Below are positions 10,732-21,417 of a DNA stretch of 35,857 nucleotides, in pieces (the stretch's first letter is position 1; every line of letters begins with the position of its first letter). The stretch is from NCBI GenBank assembly GCA_052390515.1, contig JBQTGV010000176.1, positions 1 through 35,857 on the forward strand. Reading direction: 5' to 3'. The position numbers and the translations under genes are program-made. The notes beneath the pieces are model-generated. The model saw only the letters and a program-made list of their open reading frames with translations, was not told where the DNA came from and did not search any database. This DNA comes from Candidatus Eiseniibacteriota bacterium (GTDB lineage: Bacteria; ARS69).

Positions 10732-11571
10732 ATGACCGAGCTGAGAGCAGTCCTCGAGCGACTGCGAGGGGAACGGCGCGCTGCGTTGATCGCGTACATC
10801 GCCGCCGGGGACCCGGATTCGGAGGCCACCGTGCAGCGCGCCGAAGCGCTGTTCCGCGGCGGAGCGGACCTTCTGGAGCTGGGCGTGCCGTTTTCCGATC
10901 CGCTCGCCGACGGGCCCGTGATCCAGCGCGCGGCGGAGCGCGCGCTCGCCGCCGGCACGACCGTGGCCGAGGTGCTGCGGATCGCCGCGCTCGTCACCGC
11001 ACGCGCCGGCCGCCGGGTCATCCTCATGTCCTACGTGAACCCGCTGCTGCGCTACGGCTTCGACCGCTTCTCGAGCGACGCAGCCCGCGCCGGGGTGGCC
11101 GGCGTGCTGCTCACCGACGTCCCGCCGGAGGAGGCCGCGCCGTTCCTCGGGCCGATGCGCCGCGACGACCTCGGCACGGTCTTCCTCGTGGCGCCGACTT
11201 CGACCGAGAGCCGCATCCGCGAGGCGGCCCTCGCCTCCACCGGGTTCCTCTACTGCGTGAGCCGGCTGGGGGTGACCGGAGAGCGAGAGCGGCTGTCCGA
11301 GTCGTTCCGGCCTGTGCTCGAGACCGTCCGGCGGCATGCGGACCTGCCGGTCGGGCTCGGCTTCGGCATCTCCACGCCGGAGCAGGCGGGGGAGGCGGCG
11401 AGGGTCGCCGACGCGGTCATCGTGGGGAGCGCTCTCGTGGCGAAGGCCGAGCGCGCCGGATCCCGCGAGGCCGCGGTGCGCGACCTGGAGGCGGCCGCTC
11501 GCGATCTTCGCCGGGCCATCGACGGCGCCCGCTCCGGCCCGGGGGTTGCCCCGGGACCGCCCTCGCCCTAG
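10732..11571 (+). CDS. trpA: Tryptophan synthase alpha subunit
   Basis: ATG after [27 protein letters not shown] (catalytic Glu/Asp present), [30 protein letters not shown]. Confidence 0.93.
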   Translation: MTELRAVLERLRGERRAALIAYIAAGDPDSEATVQRAEALFRGGADLLELGVPFSDPLADGPVIQRAAERALAAGTTVAEVLRIAALVTARAGRRVILMSYVNPLLRYGFDRFSSDAARAGVAGVLLTDVPPEEAAPFLGPMRRDDLGTVFLVAPTSTESRIREAALASTGFLYCVSRLGVTGERERLSESFRPVLETVRRHADLPVGLGFGISTPEQAGEAARVADAVIVGSALVAKAERAGSREAAVRDLEAAARDLRRAIDGARSGPGVAPGPPSP

Positions 11572-11595
11572 ATTCGGGTCCCTGCCGGAGGAACC

Positions 11596-12147
11596 ATGAA
11601 GGCTCTCACCACGCTCGTCGCCGGAGCGCTCATCGCGCTCGGCTCGTCCTCGGCGTCGGCGCAGACGCGCCTGACCGTCGCCGGCGGCGCGCTCATCCCG
11701 CTCGGCGACCTCGAGAATACGCACGACACCTCGGCGCACGCGGCCTTCCGGATCGAGCACCAGCCCGTGGACGCGCTCGGTCGGGCCGGTCGCCTCTCTT
11801 TCCTGGGCGAAGTCTCCTGGGCGGACCTCTCGCTCGAGCCTGCGGTCGAGCAGGCTCTCGAGGACCTCGGAATGGACGGGGGCGCGTCGCTGCTCGGGGT
11901 GGGCCTCGCGCTGCGCGTCTACTCCGCCGCGGCGCCGCTCTTCGTGCACGCCGGTTCCGGCTGGGCACGCCACGAGTCGGACGATTCCGACTCGGAGAAC
12001 GGCGTCGACGTCCACGCCGGGATCGGCTTCGTGGTCACCTCGCGGCTGGTCTTCGTCGAGCCGCTCGTCTCCGCGCACACCGTCCTGCTGGAAGGCGAAG
12101 ATCTGCAGTTCGTGACCGCGACGCTCGGCGTAGGACTTCCCTTCTAG
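11596..12147 (+). CDS. Probable small outer-membrane beta-barrel protein
   Basis: Signal peptide ending ASA-Q; alternating hydrophobic strands; C-terminal [10 protein letters not shown] beta-signal; GGAGG RBS. Confidence 0.6.
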   Translation: MKALTTLVAGALIALGSSSASAQTRLTVAGGALIPLGDLENTHDTSAHAAFRIEHQPVDALGRAGRLSFLGEVSWADLSLEPAVEQALEDLGMDGGASLLGVGLALRVYSAAAPLFVHAGSGWARHESDDSDSENGVDVHAGIGFVVTSRLVFVEPLVSAHTVLLEGEDLQFVTATLGVGLPF

Positions 12148-12175
12148 GAGAGAGCGGCCCTCCCCGGAGAACGGC

Positions 12176-15088
12176 GTGTCGAGCTCCTTCATTCGCGTTC
12201 GCGGCGCCCGCGAGCACAATCTGCAGAACATCGACGTCGACCTGCCACGCAACACGCTGATCGTGATGACCGGCCTGTCCGGCTCCGGGAAGTCTTCGCT
12301 GGCCTTCGACACCATTTACGCGGAGGGACAGCGCCGGTACGTGGAGAGCCTCTCCGCATACGCCCGGCAGTTCCTGGGGCAGATGGACAAGCCCGACGTG
12401 GACTCCATCGACGGGCTCTCCCCGGCGATCTCCATCGAGCAGAAGGGCGCGACGCGCAACCCGCGCTCCACCGTGGGGACCATCACCGAGATCTACGACT
12501 ATCTGCGGCTCCTCTTCGCTCGCGTCGGTCAGCCTCACTGTCCGAACTGCGGGAGGAAGATCGTGCCGCAGACCATCGATCAGATGACCGACACGGTCCT
12601 CGCCCTGGGCGAAGGCACGCGCGTGCAGATCTTCGCGCCGCTGGTCCGCGGGCGGAAGGGTGAGCACGAAGCGGCGCTCCGCGCGGCGAAGAAGGACGGC
12701 TTCGTACGCGTGCGGGTGGACGGCGAGATCCACGACCTGGACCGCGCGCCTCGACTGGACAAGAAGCGGAAGCACGATGTCGAGGTCGTGGTGGACCGGA
12801 TCGTGGTCAAGGCCGCGTCGCGCGCACGCCTGGCGGACTCGCTGGGCACGGCGTCGCGTCTGGGCCAGGGCACGGTGGTACTGGACGTGGCCGGCCGGGA
12901 AGAGGACTTGGTGCTGTCGGAGAGCTTCGCCTGTCCGGACTGCGGCATCTCCCTCGGCGAGATCGAGCCGCGCGTGTTCTCCTTCAACAGCCCGTACGGC
13001 GCCTGTCCGGCGTGCAACGGACTCGGCAGCCGCCTGTCCGTGGATCCGGCCCTCGTCGTGCCGGATCCGGAGCTGTCCATCCAGGACGGCGCGCTCCATC
13101 CCTGGCGGGACGCGAAGAGCTCGTGGTACCGGACGATGCTGCGCTCCGTGGCGCGCCACGTGGGCTTCGATCTGTCCACTCCGTGGAAGAAACTCCCGGC
13201 GCGTGCCCGCCAGGCGGTCCTCCACGGCACGTCCACGGAGATCGAGTTCCGCTGGGAGGGAAAGCGCTCCTCGGGAACGTACAAGGCGCCATTCGACGGC
13301 CTCGTTCCGAGCCTGGAGCGGAGGCACCGGCAGAGCGACAACGACCGCACGCGCTCGCAGATCGAGCGCTACATGCGCAGCGTGAGCTGCGCGGACTGCG
13401 AAGGCACGCGGCTCAAGCCGGAGAGCCGCGCCGTGAAGGTGGGGTCGCTGGGGATCGCCGAGGTGACCCGGCTGCAGGTGGACGAGGCCCGCACGTTCTT
13501 CCGCGGCCTGCCGCTCGGCACCCGCGAGCGGACCATCGCCGGGCCGGTGCTCAAGGAGATCGTCGAGCGGCTCGACTTCCTGGGCAACGTCGGCGTCGGC
13601 TATCTGTCCCTCGACCGCAGCGGGAACTCGCTCTCGGGCGGCGAGGCGCAGCGCATCCGCCTCGCGACGCAGCTCGGCTCGAGCCTCGTCGGCGTGCTCT
13701 ACATCCTGGACGAGCCCTCCATCGGGCTCCATTCCCGCGACCATCAGCGGTTGCTCGACAGCCTGCTTCGCCTCCGCGACCTGGGCAACACCGTGCTGGT
13801 CGTGGAGCACGACCGCGACACCATGCTCGCCGCCGATCACCTCGTCGATCTCGGCCCCGGCGCCGGGCGGAACGGCGGCCGCATCGTCTCCGCGGGCACG
13901 CCGAAGCAGGTCATGGCCGATGCGGGCTCGGCGACCGGCGCGTATCTCGCCGGGACGCGGCGAATCGAAGTGCCCGCCGTCCGCCGTGACCCGGAGCGCG
14001 GGTTCCTCGAGGTTCGCGGTGCGCGACAGCACAACTTGCGCGGCCTGGACGTGCGCTTCCCCCTCGGCCGCATGGTGTGCGTGACCGGCGTCTCCGGCAG
14101 CGGCAAGAGCACGCTGGTCAACGGGATCCTGGCGCGCGCAGCGGCCGCCGCGCTGCACGACGCGCGCGGGCTTCCCGGCGAGCACGACGAGATCCGCGGC
14201 CTCGAGCTGCTCGACAAAGCGATCGTCATCGACCAGTCGCCGATCGGGAGAACCCCGCGTTCCAACCCGGCGACGTACACCGGCGTGTTCACCGAGATCC
14301 GCGCGCTGTTCGCCGAGACGAAGGACGCGCGGGTTCGCGGCTACCAGCCCGGTCGGTTCTCGTTCAACGTGAAGGGAGGACGATGCGAGGCGTGCGAGGG
14401 CGACGGCCTGGTGCGGATCGAAATGCACTTCCTGCCGGACGTGTTCGTGAAGTGCGACGAGTGCCGCGGCGCCCGCTACAACCGGGAGACGCTGGAGATC
14501 CGCTACAAGGGGGCGACGATCGCCGAAGTGCTGGAGATGACCGTGGACGAGGCGCTGGAGTTCCTGACGAACATTCCCGCGGTGCGCTCCAAGCTGCAGG
14601 TGCTCTCCGACGTGGGGCTCGGGTACATCCACCTCGGACAGTCCGCCACGACGCTCTCCGGCGGCGAGGCGCAGCGGGTGAAGCTGGCCACGGAGCTGGC
14701 GCGCCGGTCGACCGGGCGGACCCTCTACATCCTGGACGAACCCACGACCGGACTGCACTTCGAGGACATCAAGAACCTCCTCGGCGTGCTGCAGCTGCTG
14801 GTGGACCGCGGCAACACGGTGGTCGTGATCGAGCACAACCTGGACGTGATCAAGTGCGCCGACCACGTCATCGATCTCGGTCCCGAGGGTGGACGGGACG
14901 GGGGAACGCTGGTGGCTAGCGGCACTCCGGAGGAGGTGGCGCGTTCCGAGGCGTCACACACCGGGCGGGCCCTCCGCGCCGTACTGCCCGGCTTCGAGGA
15001 CGGGGGGAGGGCGAGGCGGGGCGGCCGGCGACGCCCGGAGAAGACGGATCCCACGCCCGATCCTGCACCGGCCCCGGCCGGGAGTTGA
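12176..15088 (+). CDS. uvrA: Excinuclease ABC subunit A
   Basis: [21 protein letters not shown], two LSGGEAQR signatures, [10 protein letters not shown], CxxC zinc fingers. Confidence 0.98.
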   Translation: MSSSFIRVRGAREHNLQNIDVDLPRNTLIVMTGLSGSGKSSLAFDTIYAEGQRRYVESLSAYARQFLGQMDKPDVDSIDGLSPAISIEQKGATRNPRSTVGTITEIYDYLRLLFARVGQPHCPNCGRKIVPQTIDQMTDTVLALGEGTRVQIFAPLVRGRKGEHEAALRAAKKDGFVRVRVDGEIHDLDRAPRLDKKRKHDVEVVVDRIVVKAASRARLADSLGTASRLGQGTVVLDVAGREEDLVLSESFACPDCGISLGEIEPRVFSFNSPYGACPACNGLGSRLSVDPALVVPDPELSIQDGALHPWRDAKSSWYRTMLRSVARHVGFDLSTPWKKLPARARQAVLHGTSTEIEFRWEGKRSSGTYKAPFDGLVPSLERRHRQSDNDRTRSQIERYMRSVSCADCEGTRLKPESRAVKVGSLGIAEVTRLQVDEARTFFRGLPLGTRERTIAGPVLKEIVERLDFLGNVGVGYLSLDRSGNSLSGGEAQRIRLATQLGSSLVGVLYILDEPSIGLHSRDHQRLLDSLLRLRDLGNTVLVVEHDRDTMLAADHLVDLGPGAGRNGGRIVSAGTPKQVMADAGSATGAYLAGTRRIEVPAVRRDPERGFLEVRGARQHNLRGLDVRFPLGRMVCVTGVSGSGKSTLVNGILARAAAAALHDARGLPGEHDEIRGLELLDKAIVIDQSPIGRTPRSNPATYTGVFTEIRALFAETKDARVRGYQPGRFSFNVKGGRCEACEGDGLVRIEMHFLPDVFVKCDECRGARYNRETLEIRYKGATIAEVLEMTVDEALEFLTNIPAVRSKLQVLSDVGLGYIHLGQSATTLSGGEAQRVKLATELARRSTGRTLYILDEPTTGLHFEDIKNLLGVLQLLVDRGNTVVVIEHNLDVIKCADHVIDLGPEGGRDGGTLVASGTPEEVARSEASHTGRALRAVLPGFEDGGRARRGGRRRPEKTDPTPDPAPAPAGS

Positions 15089-15114
15089 CCGAGCGGCGCG
15101 TCCGAAGATACCTT
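15085..15114 (+). promoter_or_regulatory. Candidate sigma-70-type promoter for kbl
   Basis: TTGACC-N18-TACCTT overlapping the uvrA stop; same -35 and spacing as at 9468. Confidence 0.4.
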
Positions 15115-15149
15115 GCGGCACCGTTCGACGAACTTCTACGGAGGCCGGC

Positions 15150-16349
15150 GTGAGCGACGTGCGCACCGGGGAAAAGTACGACTTCGTCCGCGAGGAGATC
15201 GCCGCTCTCCGCGAGGCGGGCCTCTACAACGAGGTTCCGGTCGTCGGCAGCGCGCAGGGCGCGTGGATCGTGGTGAACGGCCGGCGCGTGCTGAACATGT
15301 GCTCCAACAACTACCTCGGATTCGCCGGCGACGAGCGGCTGCTCGCCGCGGCACGCCGCGCGCTCGACCAGTACGGGATCGGACCGGCGGCGGTGCGGTC
15401 CATTGCCGGGACGATGGAGCTGCACCGTGAGCTCGAGCGGAAGCTCGCCGCGTTCAAGGGCACGGAGGACGCACTGTCGATGCAGTCCGGCTTCCTCGCG
15501 AACCAGGCGACGGTGCCGAGCGTCGTCCCCGACGCCGCCGACGCGGTGTTCACCGACGAGCTGAACCACGCCTCCATCATCGACGCGGTGCGGTTGACCA
15601 AGGCGAAGCGGTACATCTACCGGCACTGCGACGTCGGGGACCTCGACGCCCGGCTGCAGGAGGGCGCCGGCGCGCGGCGGAAGCTGATCATCACCGACGG
15701 CGTCTTCTCCATGGACGGAGACGTCGCCCCGCTGCCGGCCGTCATGGACGTCGCCGAGAGACACGGGGCGATGGTCATGGTCGACGACGCCCACGGCGAA
15801 GGCGTGCTGGGACGCAACGGGCGCGGGATCGTCAGCCACTTCGGGCTGGAAGGCCGGGTGGACTTCGAGATCGGGACGCTGTCCAAGGCGTTCGGCGTGG
15901 TCGGCGGCTTCATCGCCGGGCGCCGCGAGGTCATCGACTTCCTGCGGCAGAAGGCGCGTCCGTTCCTCTTCTCCTCCGCGCTCACGCCGCCGGACACGGC
16001 GGCGGCCATCGCGGCGGTGGACATCCTGGCCGCCGGCGGCGACGAGGTGAAGCGGCTGTGGAGCAACGCCGGGATTCTGCGCGGCAAGCTCGGAGCACTC
16101 GGCTTCGACACCGGCGTGACCGAGACGCCGATCACGCCAGTCATGCTCGGCGAGGCCGCCCTCGCGCAGGAGTTCTCCCGGCGCCTCTTCGCCCGCGACG
16201 TCTTCGCCAAGGCCATCGGGTTCCCGACCGTCCCGCGGGGGAAGGCGCGCATCCGGGTGATGAACACCGCCGCTCACTCGCGCGAGGATCTGGACTTCGC
16301 CGTGGAGGCGTTCGCGGCCGTAGGGCGGGAGCTCGGGGTGATCTCGTGA
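15150..16349 (+). CDS. kbl: Glycine C-acetyltransferase (2-amino-3-ketobutyrate CoA ligase; AONS-family PLP enzyme)
   Basis: GTG after [64 protein letters not shown]. BioF activity not excluded; gcv context favours Kbl. Confidence 0.8.
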   Translation: MSDVRTGEKYDFVREEIAALREAGLYNEVPVVGSAQGAWIVVNGRRVLNMCSNNYLGFAGDERLLAAARRALDQYGIGPAAVRSIAGTMELHRELERKLAAFKGTEDALSMQSGFLANQATVPSVVPDAADAVFTDELNHASIIDAVRLTKAKRYIYRHCDVGDLDARLQEGAGARRKLIITDGVFSMDGDVAPLPAVMDVAERHGAMVMVDDAHGEGVLGRNGRGIVSHFGLEGRVDFEIGTLSKAFGVVGGFIAGRREVIDFLRQKARPFLFSSALTPPDTAAAIAAVDILAAGGDEVKRLWSNAGILRGKLGALGFDTGVTETPITPVMLGEAALAQEFSRRLFARDVFAKAIGFPTVPRGKARIRVMNTAAHSREDLDFAVEAFAAVGRELGVIS

Positions 16350-16352
16350 GTT

Positions 16353-16503
16353 CGCGTCCCGGAGGAAGGTCGAGCGATGGCCGAGCGTCGTAGCCGCCGC
16401 GACGGAGCCATGGACGGCGGAGGCCGGCGGCCACGATGCGAGCGAGCCAGGACGGCGAGCGAGCTTGAGCGAGGGCATCGCTCGCCATTCCTTCCGGGAC
16501 GCG
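16353..16503. repeat. Intergenic structured repeat, copy 1 (106-bp core 16375-16480 plus terminal inverted repeat)
   Basis: Core 98/106 identical (hand count) to 33255-33360; arm 16353-16379 is an imperfect reverse complement of 16476-16503. Confidence 0.9.
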
Positions 16504-16522
16504 GGCATGTTCAGGAGATCCC

Positions 16523-18406
16523 ATGCGCATCCTCATGATCCACGCCAGCGAGTTCTCGTTCCACGTCACCGAGGAGACGTCGGTGGCGGCGGCCGCGGGC
16601 GAGGTCACCGAAGCCGAGAAGCGCGGTTCCTCGGGCGACGCGCTGGTCTGCTTCCTGTCCATCGAGAGGAGTGACGAGGACAACGCCGGCAAGGTCGTGG
16701 CCGAGGCCCAGGGGCGCATCCTGCAACAGTACCGGCGGGTGAACGCCGAAGCGCTGTGGCTGTACCCGTACGCGCATCTCTCCTCGGACCTGGCCTCCCC
16801 GCGCGAGGCGCGCAAGATCCTGGACCGGCTGGCCTCGGCCTTCGCCGAGGGGAACGGCGTCCGCCGCCTGCTGCGCGCGCCGTTCGGCTACTACAAGGCC
16901 TTCGAGATGCACGCGAAGGGGCACCCGCTCTCGGAGCTCGCCCTGACCGTCACCGGCGAGGGCGCTGCTGCGCCCGCCGACGCCGCCGACGCGGGCGAGT
17001 CCAAGGCCGTCGCCGCGGAGAAGAAGCTCCGCTCCCGTTTCTTCGTGCTCACTCCGGACGGCGAGGAGATCCCGGCGGAGAAGTTCTCCTTCTCGGCTCA
17101 TCCAGGCCTCGCCAAGCTCCACTCCTACGAAACCTCCGGCACCCGCGAGGCCGGCGAGGAGCCGGCGCACGTCCGGCTCATGCGCCAGCACGAGCTGGTG
17201 GATTACGAGCCCGGCGCGGATCAGGGCAACTTCCGCTGGTATCCCAAGGGCCAGCTGATGAAGAGCCTGCTCGAGGACCGTGCCAACCAGGTGATGAACG
17301 AGTTCGGCGCGATGCGGGTGGAGACCCCCATCATGTACGACTTCCTGCATCCCAGCCTGGCGAAGTACCTGGACCGCTTCCCGGCGCGGCAGTACGTGCT
17401 CAAGAGCGAGAAGAAGGACTTCTTCCTGCGCTTCGCGGCCTGCTTCGGGCAGTTCCTGATCGCGCACGACGCGAAGATCAGCTACCGCCAGCTCCCGCTT
17501 CGCCTGTACGAGCTCACCCACTACTCGTTCCGCCGCGAGCAGTCCGGGGAGCTCGCCGGGCTGCGCCGGCTGCGCACGTTCACCATGCCGGACATGCACA
17601 CGCTCGCGCGGGACATGGAGCAGGCCAAGTCAGAGTTCGACGCCCAGTACGACGTGTCGCGGGCGTGGCTCGAGGATCTGGGCATCCCCTTCGCGACGGC
17701 GGTGCGCGTGGTGCGCTCGTTCTACGACGAGAACCGGGAGTTCGTGCGCGGGCTCGCGCGGCGCGCGGGCACTCCGATCCTGCTCGAGGTCTGGGAGGAG
17801 CGCTTCTTCTACTTCGTCGTCAAGTTCGAGTTCAACTTCGTGGACGGCCAGGGCAAGGCCGCGGCGCTGTCCACCGTGCAGATCGACGTGGAGAACTGCC
17901 ATCAGTTCGAGATCGAGTACACCGAGCAGGACGGCACGAAGCGGAAGCCTCTGCTCCTGCACACCTCGATTCCCGGCGCCATCGAGCGCAACGTGTACGC
18001 GCTGCTCGAGCACCAGGCGGCGCTCATGAAGAAGGGTCAGAAGGGCGTCTTCCCGTTCTGGCTGGCGCCGACCCAGCTGCGCTTCGTGCCGGTGTCCGAC
18101 GCGCACGCGGACTTCTGCGCCGCGCTGGCCGAGGAGTCGCCGTTCCGGGCGGACGTGGACGACCGGGACATGAACCTGGGCAAGAAGATCAAGACCGCGG
18201 AGCAGGAGTGGGTGCCGTTCATCGCCGTGGTGGGTGACCAGGAGCAGTCCGGCGGTGATCTGCACGTCCGCGTTCGAGGCGGGGAGGAGTTCGTCGGGAC
18301 GAAGGAGGCGCTCCACCGGCGGATGGAGGAGCTGGCCCGGGGCAAGCCGCGACGCCCCCTGAACACGCCCCGGAGGCTGTCGCGCCGCCCGGTCTTCGTC
18401 GGCTGA
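16523..18406 (+). CDS. thrS: Threonyl-tRNA synthetase, archaeal type
   Basis: N-terminal MRILMIH..., YPYAHLSSDLA, APFGYYKAF..HAKGHPLSEL (archaeal editing domain); LRFAACFGQF, SFRREQSGEL.GLRRLRTFTMPDMH, LSTVQIDVEN, LLHTS..GAIER, PFWLAPTQ. Confidence 0.93.
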   Translation: MRILMIHASEFSFHVTEETSVAAAAGEVTEAEKRGSSGDALVCFLSIERSDEDNAGKVVAEAQGRILQQYRRVNAEALWLYPYAHLSSDLASPREARKILDRLASAFAEGNGVRRLLRAPFGYYKAFEMHAKGHPLSELALTVTGEGAAAPADAADAGESKAVAAEKKLRSRFFVLTPDGEEIPAEKFSFSAHPGLAKLHSYETSGTREAGEEPAHVRLMRQHELVDYEPGADQGNFRWYPKGQLMKSLLEDRANQVMNEFGAMRVETPIMYDFLHPSLAKYLDRFPARQYVLKSEKKDFFLRFAACFGQFLIAHDAKISYRQLPLRLYELTHYSFRREQSGELAGLRRLRTFTMPDMHTLARDMEQAKSEFDAQYDVSRAWLEDLGIPFATAVRVVRSFYDENREFVRGLARRAGTPILLEVWEERFFYFVVKFEFNFVDGQGKAAALSTVQIDVENCHQFEIEYTEQDGTKRKPLLLHTSIPGAIERNVYALLEHQAALMKKGQKGVFPFWLAPTQLRFVPVSDAHADFCAALAEESPFRADVDDRDMNLGKKIKTAEQEWVPFIAVVGDQEQSGGDLHVRVRGGEEFVGTKEALHRRMEELARGKPRRPLNTPRRLSRRPVFVG

Positions 18407-18420
18407 GGCTGGGAAAGGGA

Positions 18421-18449
18421 TTGGGGCCCTCGTTTCCTTCTGATAGGCT
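18421..18449 (+). promoter_or_regulatory. Candidate sigma-70-type promoter for the gcv operon
   Basis: TTGGGG-N17-TAGGCT with extended -10 TG at 18441-18442. Confidence 0.4.
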
Positions 18450-18517
18450 GCCCAGTCCGCGGTCCGCCCGGAGGGCCGAAACCCTGCTTCGGCGAGGCGG
18501 AACCGCCGGGAGCTTCC

Positions 18518-19612
18518 ATGACCTCCTCGAAACCGATTCGCCGGACGCCGCTCCACGGGCGGCACGTGGCCCTGGGGGCGAAGATGGTGGAGTTCGCCGG
18601 GTTCGACATGCCCGTGTCCTACGACGGCATCCTGGCCGAGCACCGGCGGGTCCGGGAGGCGGCCGGTCTCTTCGACGTGTCCCACATGGGCGAGGCCGAG
18701 GTCCGCGGAGCCGGCTCCCTGGCCTTCCTGGACCGCCTCACCACGAACGCCGTGGCCGAGCTTCCGGCGGCGCACGCGCAGTACACGCTCCTGCTGAACC
18801 GCCGCGGCGGTGTGATCGACGACCTAATTCTCTATCGCCTGGCGGATCGGTACCTTCTGGTGGTGAACGCGGCGAACGTCGAGAAGGACTTCGAGTGGAT
18901 CGCGGGGCATGCCCGGGAGGACGTGGATTTCCGGAACACCTCGGACGAGACCGCGCTCCTCGCGTGGCAGGGGCCGCGCGCGGCGGAGATCCTGGCGCCG
19001 CTCGTCGAGTCGGACGTGCGCCCGGTGCCGTCCTTCGGGATCGTGGAGAGCCGCGTGTCGGGTGTCCCCGCGGTGCTCGCCCGCACCGGCTACACCGGCG
19101 AGGACGGCTTCGAGATCTTCCTCCCGGCGGACCGCGCCGGCGAGGTGTGGGACGCGTTGCTCGAGGCGGGGAAGCCGTACGGGGCCGGGCCGGTGGGACT
19201 CGGCGCGCGGGACACGCTCCGGCTCGAGAAGCAGCTTCGCCTGTACGGGCAGGACATGGACGAGACGGTGAGCGCCCTGGAAGCGGGCCTCGGCTGGGTG
19301 GTCAAGCTGGACAAGGGCGACTTCGTGGGGCGCGACGCGCTCCTCGCCCAGAAGAAGGCGGGCGTCCCGCGGGCGACGCTCGGGCTCCGCGTGGTCGAGC
19401 CGGGGCGGCACATCCCGCGTCACGGCTGTCCGGTGCTGGCGGACGGGGCCATCGTGGGGGAGGTCACCAGCGGCACGTTCAGTCCGACCCGGGAAGAAGG
19501 GATCGCGCTCGCCCGGGTCGACAGCAAGGCACTGGAAGCCGGAGACTTCGCGATCCGGATCCGGAATCGGGACGCGCGCGCGGTCCGCGTCCGCAAGAGT
19601 TTCGTTGACTGA
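18518..19612 (+). CDS. gcvT: Glycine cleavage system T protein (aminomethyltransferase)
   Basis: RTPLH, FAGFDMP, GLFDVSHMGE, RTGYTGEDGFE, GLGARDTLRLE, VTSGTFSP. Confidence 0.97.
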   Translation: MTSSKPIRRTPLHGRHVALGAKMVEFAGFDMPVSYDGILAEHRRVREAAGLFDVSHMGEAEVRGAGSLAFLDRLTTNAVAELPAAHAQYTLLLNRRGGVIDDLILYRLADRYLLVVNAANVEKDFEWIAGHAREDVDFRNTSDETALLAWQGPRAAEILAPLVESDVRPVPSFGIVESRVSGVPAVLARTGYTGEDGFEIFLPADRAGEVWDALLEAGKPYGAGPVGLGARDTLRLEKQLRLYGQDMDETVSALEAGLGWVVKLDKGDFVGRDALLAQKKAGVPRATLGLRVVEPGRHIPRHGCPVLADGAIVGEVTSGTFSPTREEGIALARVDSKALEAGDFAIRIRNRDARAVRVRKSFVD

Positions 19613-19642
19613 CGGCTTTTCGAGCGGAGGGAAGGTGGATCG

Positions 19643-20032
19643 ATGAACATTCCGCAGGAGCTCCGGTACACGAAGGAGCACGAGTGGGTGCTTCTCGAGG
19701 ACGGGGTGGCGATCATCGGCGTGACGGATTTCGCTCAGTCGGAGCTCGGGGACATCGTCTTCGTGGAGCTCCCCGGCGTGGGCACGGAGTTCCGGGCGAT
19801 GGACACGTTCGGCAACGTGGAATCGGTCAAGAGCGTTTCCGACCTGTACTGTCCGATCGCCGGAGTCGTGTCGGACATCAACACGCATCTGGCGGAGAAC
19901 CCGGAGCTGGTCAACTCCGACCCGTACGGCGAGGGCTGGATGGTCCGGCTCGAGCCCAAGGATCCTCGTGAGATCGAGCAGCTGCTGACCGCCGAGGAGT
20001 ACTCCGACTACATCGGCGCCGAGACGGAATGA
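19643..20032 (+). CDS. gcvH: Glycine cleavage system H protein
   Basis: YTKEHEW, GVTDFAQSELGDIVFVELP, VESVKSVSD (lipoyl Lys), VNSDPYGEGW. Confidence 0.97.
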   Translation: MNIPQELRYTKEHEWVLLEDGVAIIGVTDFAQSELGDIVFVELPGVGTEFRAMDTFGNVESVKSVSDLYCPIAGVVSDINTHLAENPELVNSDPYGEGWMVRLEPKDPREIEQLLTAEEYSDYIGAETE

Positions 20033-21417
20033 GCGCCTTCGTCCAGCACACCGAGGCCGACAAGAGGAGGATGCTCCAGGCCGTCGGGGTATCCTCGTTC
20101 GACGAGCTGGTCGCGGACATCCCGCCGGAGGTGCGCGTCCGCGGTGGGCTGCCGATTCCGGAAGGCCTCTCCGAGCCGGAGACGCTCGCGCGGCTGCGCA
20201 AGCTCGCCGCGCGTAACCGCCCCGAGCTCGTCTGCTTCGCGGGGGGAGGGATCTACGACTCCTGCGTGCCCGCGGCGACCCGCGCGGTGGCCGGTCGCCC
20301 GGAGTTCGCCACCGCGTACACGCCGTACCAGGCCGAGGCGAGCCAGGGCACGCTGCAGGTGATCTACGAGTTCCAGACCCTGATCGCGCGGCTGACCGCC
20401 CTGGACGTCGCCAACGCGTCGCTGTACGACGCCGGCACCGCGCTGGCCGAGGCCGTGGTGATGGCGCTCGCCGCGCATCCGGGCGGGCGCGTTCTCGTTT
20501 CGCCCTTCCTGTACCCCAACCACCGCCAGGTCCTGGACACGATCCTCGCGCCGGCCGGCGTGGAGCTGGTGACGCTTCCTTCGCGGGGCGCACGAACCGA
20601 CGTGTCGCGGCTGACGCCCGACGCGCTGCGTGGCGTGGCGGCGGTGGTGCTGCAGCATCCCAACCGCTTCGGCGTGCTCGAGGACATGCGGCTGGCCGGC
20701 GCCGCGCTGGAAGGCGACGACGCGCCGCTGTTCATCGCCTCCGTGGACCTGGCGTCGCTCTCGCTGTTGGAGCCGCCCGGGCACTACGGCGCGGACGTGG
20801 CCGTGGGCGAAGCGCAGTCGCTGGGCATCCCCATGACGCTCGGCGGACCGGTGGCCGGCGTGTTCGCCGCGCGGGATGAGTACCTGCGGCGGATGCCCGG
20901 CCGCATCGTCGGGCTCTCCCGGGACATCGAGGGGCGGCGCGCATTCACGCTGACCTTCCAGACGCGCGAGCAGCACATTCGCCGCGCGCGGGCCACCTCC
21001 AACGTCTGCACGAACCAGGCCCTGACCGCGCTGCAGGCCACGGTGACGACCGCGCTGCTCGGAGCGACCGGTCGCCGGCTCTCCGCCGTGCTCTCCGCGG
21101 AGAAGGCCCACGCGCTCGCCGCCGAGCTGACCCGGGTGCCGGGCGTCGCGCTGGTGGATCCGGAAGCGGTCTTCTTCCGCGAGTTCGCGCTGCGCCTCCC
21201 GCAGGGAGTCGGCGCCGCCGACCTGATCCGCGCGATGGCGGCGCGCGGGTTCCTGGCCGGGATTCCGGTGGAGGACGCGCCCGGCGGCGGCTCGGCGCTG
21301 GTCGTCGCGGTGACCGAAGCCAGGTTGTGGTCGGAGCTCGACGAGTATGCGGGGGCCTTCCGCGAGGCGCTGGACGACGTGGCGGCGCGCATGCCGCTGT
21401 CCACGGGGTCGCGATGA
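20029..21417 (+). CDS. gcvPA: Glycine dehydrogenase subunit 1
   Basis: [59 protein letters not shown] overlap with gcvH. Confidence 0.96.
   Translation: MSAFVQHTEADKRRMLQAVGVSSFDELVADIPPEVRVRGGLPIPEGLSEPETLARLRKLAARNRPELVCFAGGGIYDSCVPAATRAVAGRPEFATAYTPYQAEASQGTLQVIYEFQTLIARLTALDVANASLYDAGTALAEAVVMALAAHPGGRVLVSPFLYPNHRQVLDTILAPAGVELVTLPSRGARTDVSRLTPDALRGVAAVVLQHPNRFGVLEDMRLAGAALEGDDAPLFIASVDLASLSLLEPPGHYGADVAVGEAQSLGIPMTLGGPVAGVFAARDEYLRRMPGRIVGLSRDIEGRRAFTLTFQTREQHIRRARATSNVCTNQALTALQATVTTALLGATGRRLSAVLSAEKAHALAAELTRVPGVALVDPEAVFFREFALRLPQGVGAADLIRAMAARGFLAGIPVEDAPGGGSALVVAVTEARLWSELDEYAGAFREALDDVAARMPLSTGSR

Noticed and set aside
12148-12175. SOS/LexA box before uvrA
   Set aside because: Only 28 nt of intergenic sequence, with no palindrome matching a LexA box I can recognise.
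16350-16522. T-box riboswitch upstream of thrS
   Set aside because: No GGTGGNACC T-box motif or U-rich terminator; the same element recurs before oppB.
16377-16538. Leader peptide MAERRSRR... starting inside the repeat, with a GGAGG upstream
   Set aside because: The differences between the two repeat copies are almost all non-synonymous in this frame, and the peptide is not Thr-rich, so neither a conserved peptide nor a thr attenuator is supported.
18407-18517. Canonical glycine riboswitch upstream of gcvT
   Set aside because: GGAGA...CCGAAG...CTCTCAGG aptamer motifs are absent and the space is too short for a tandem aptamer.
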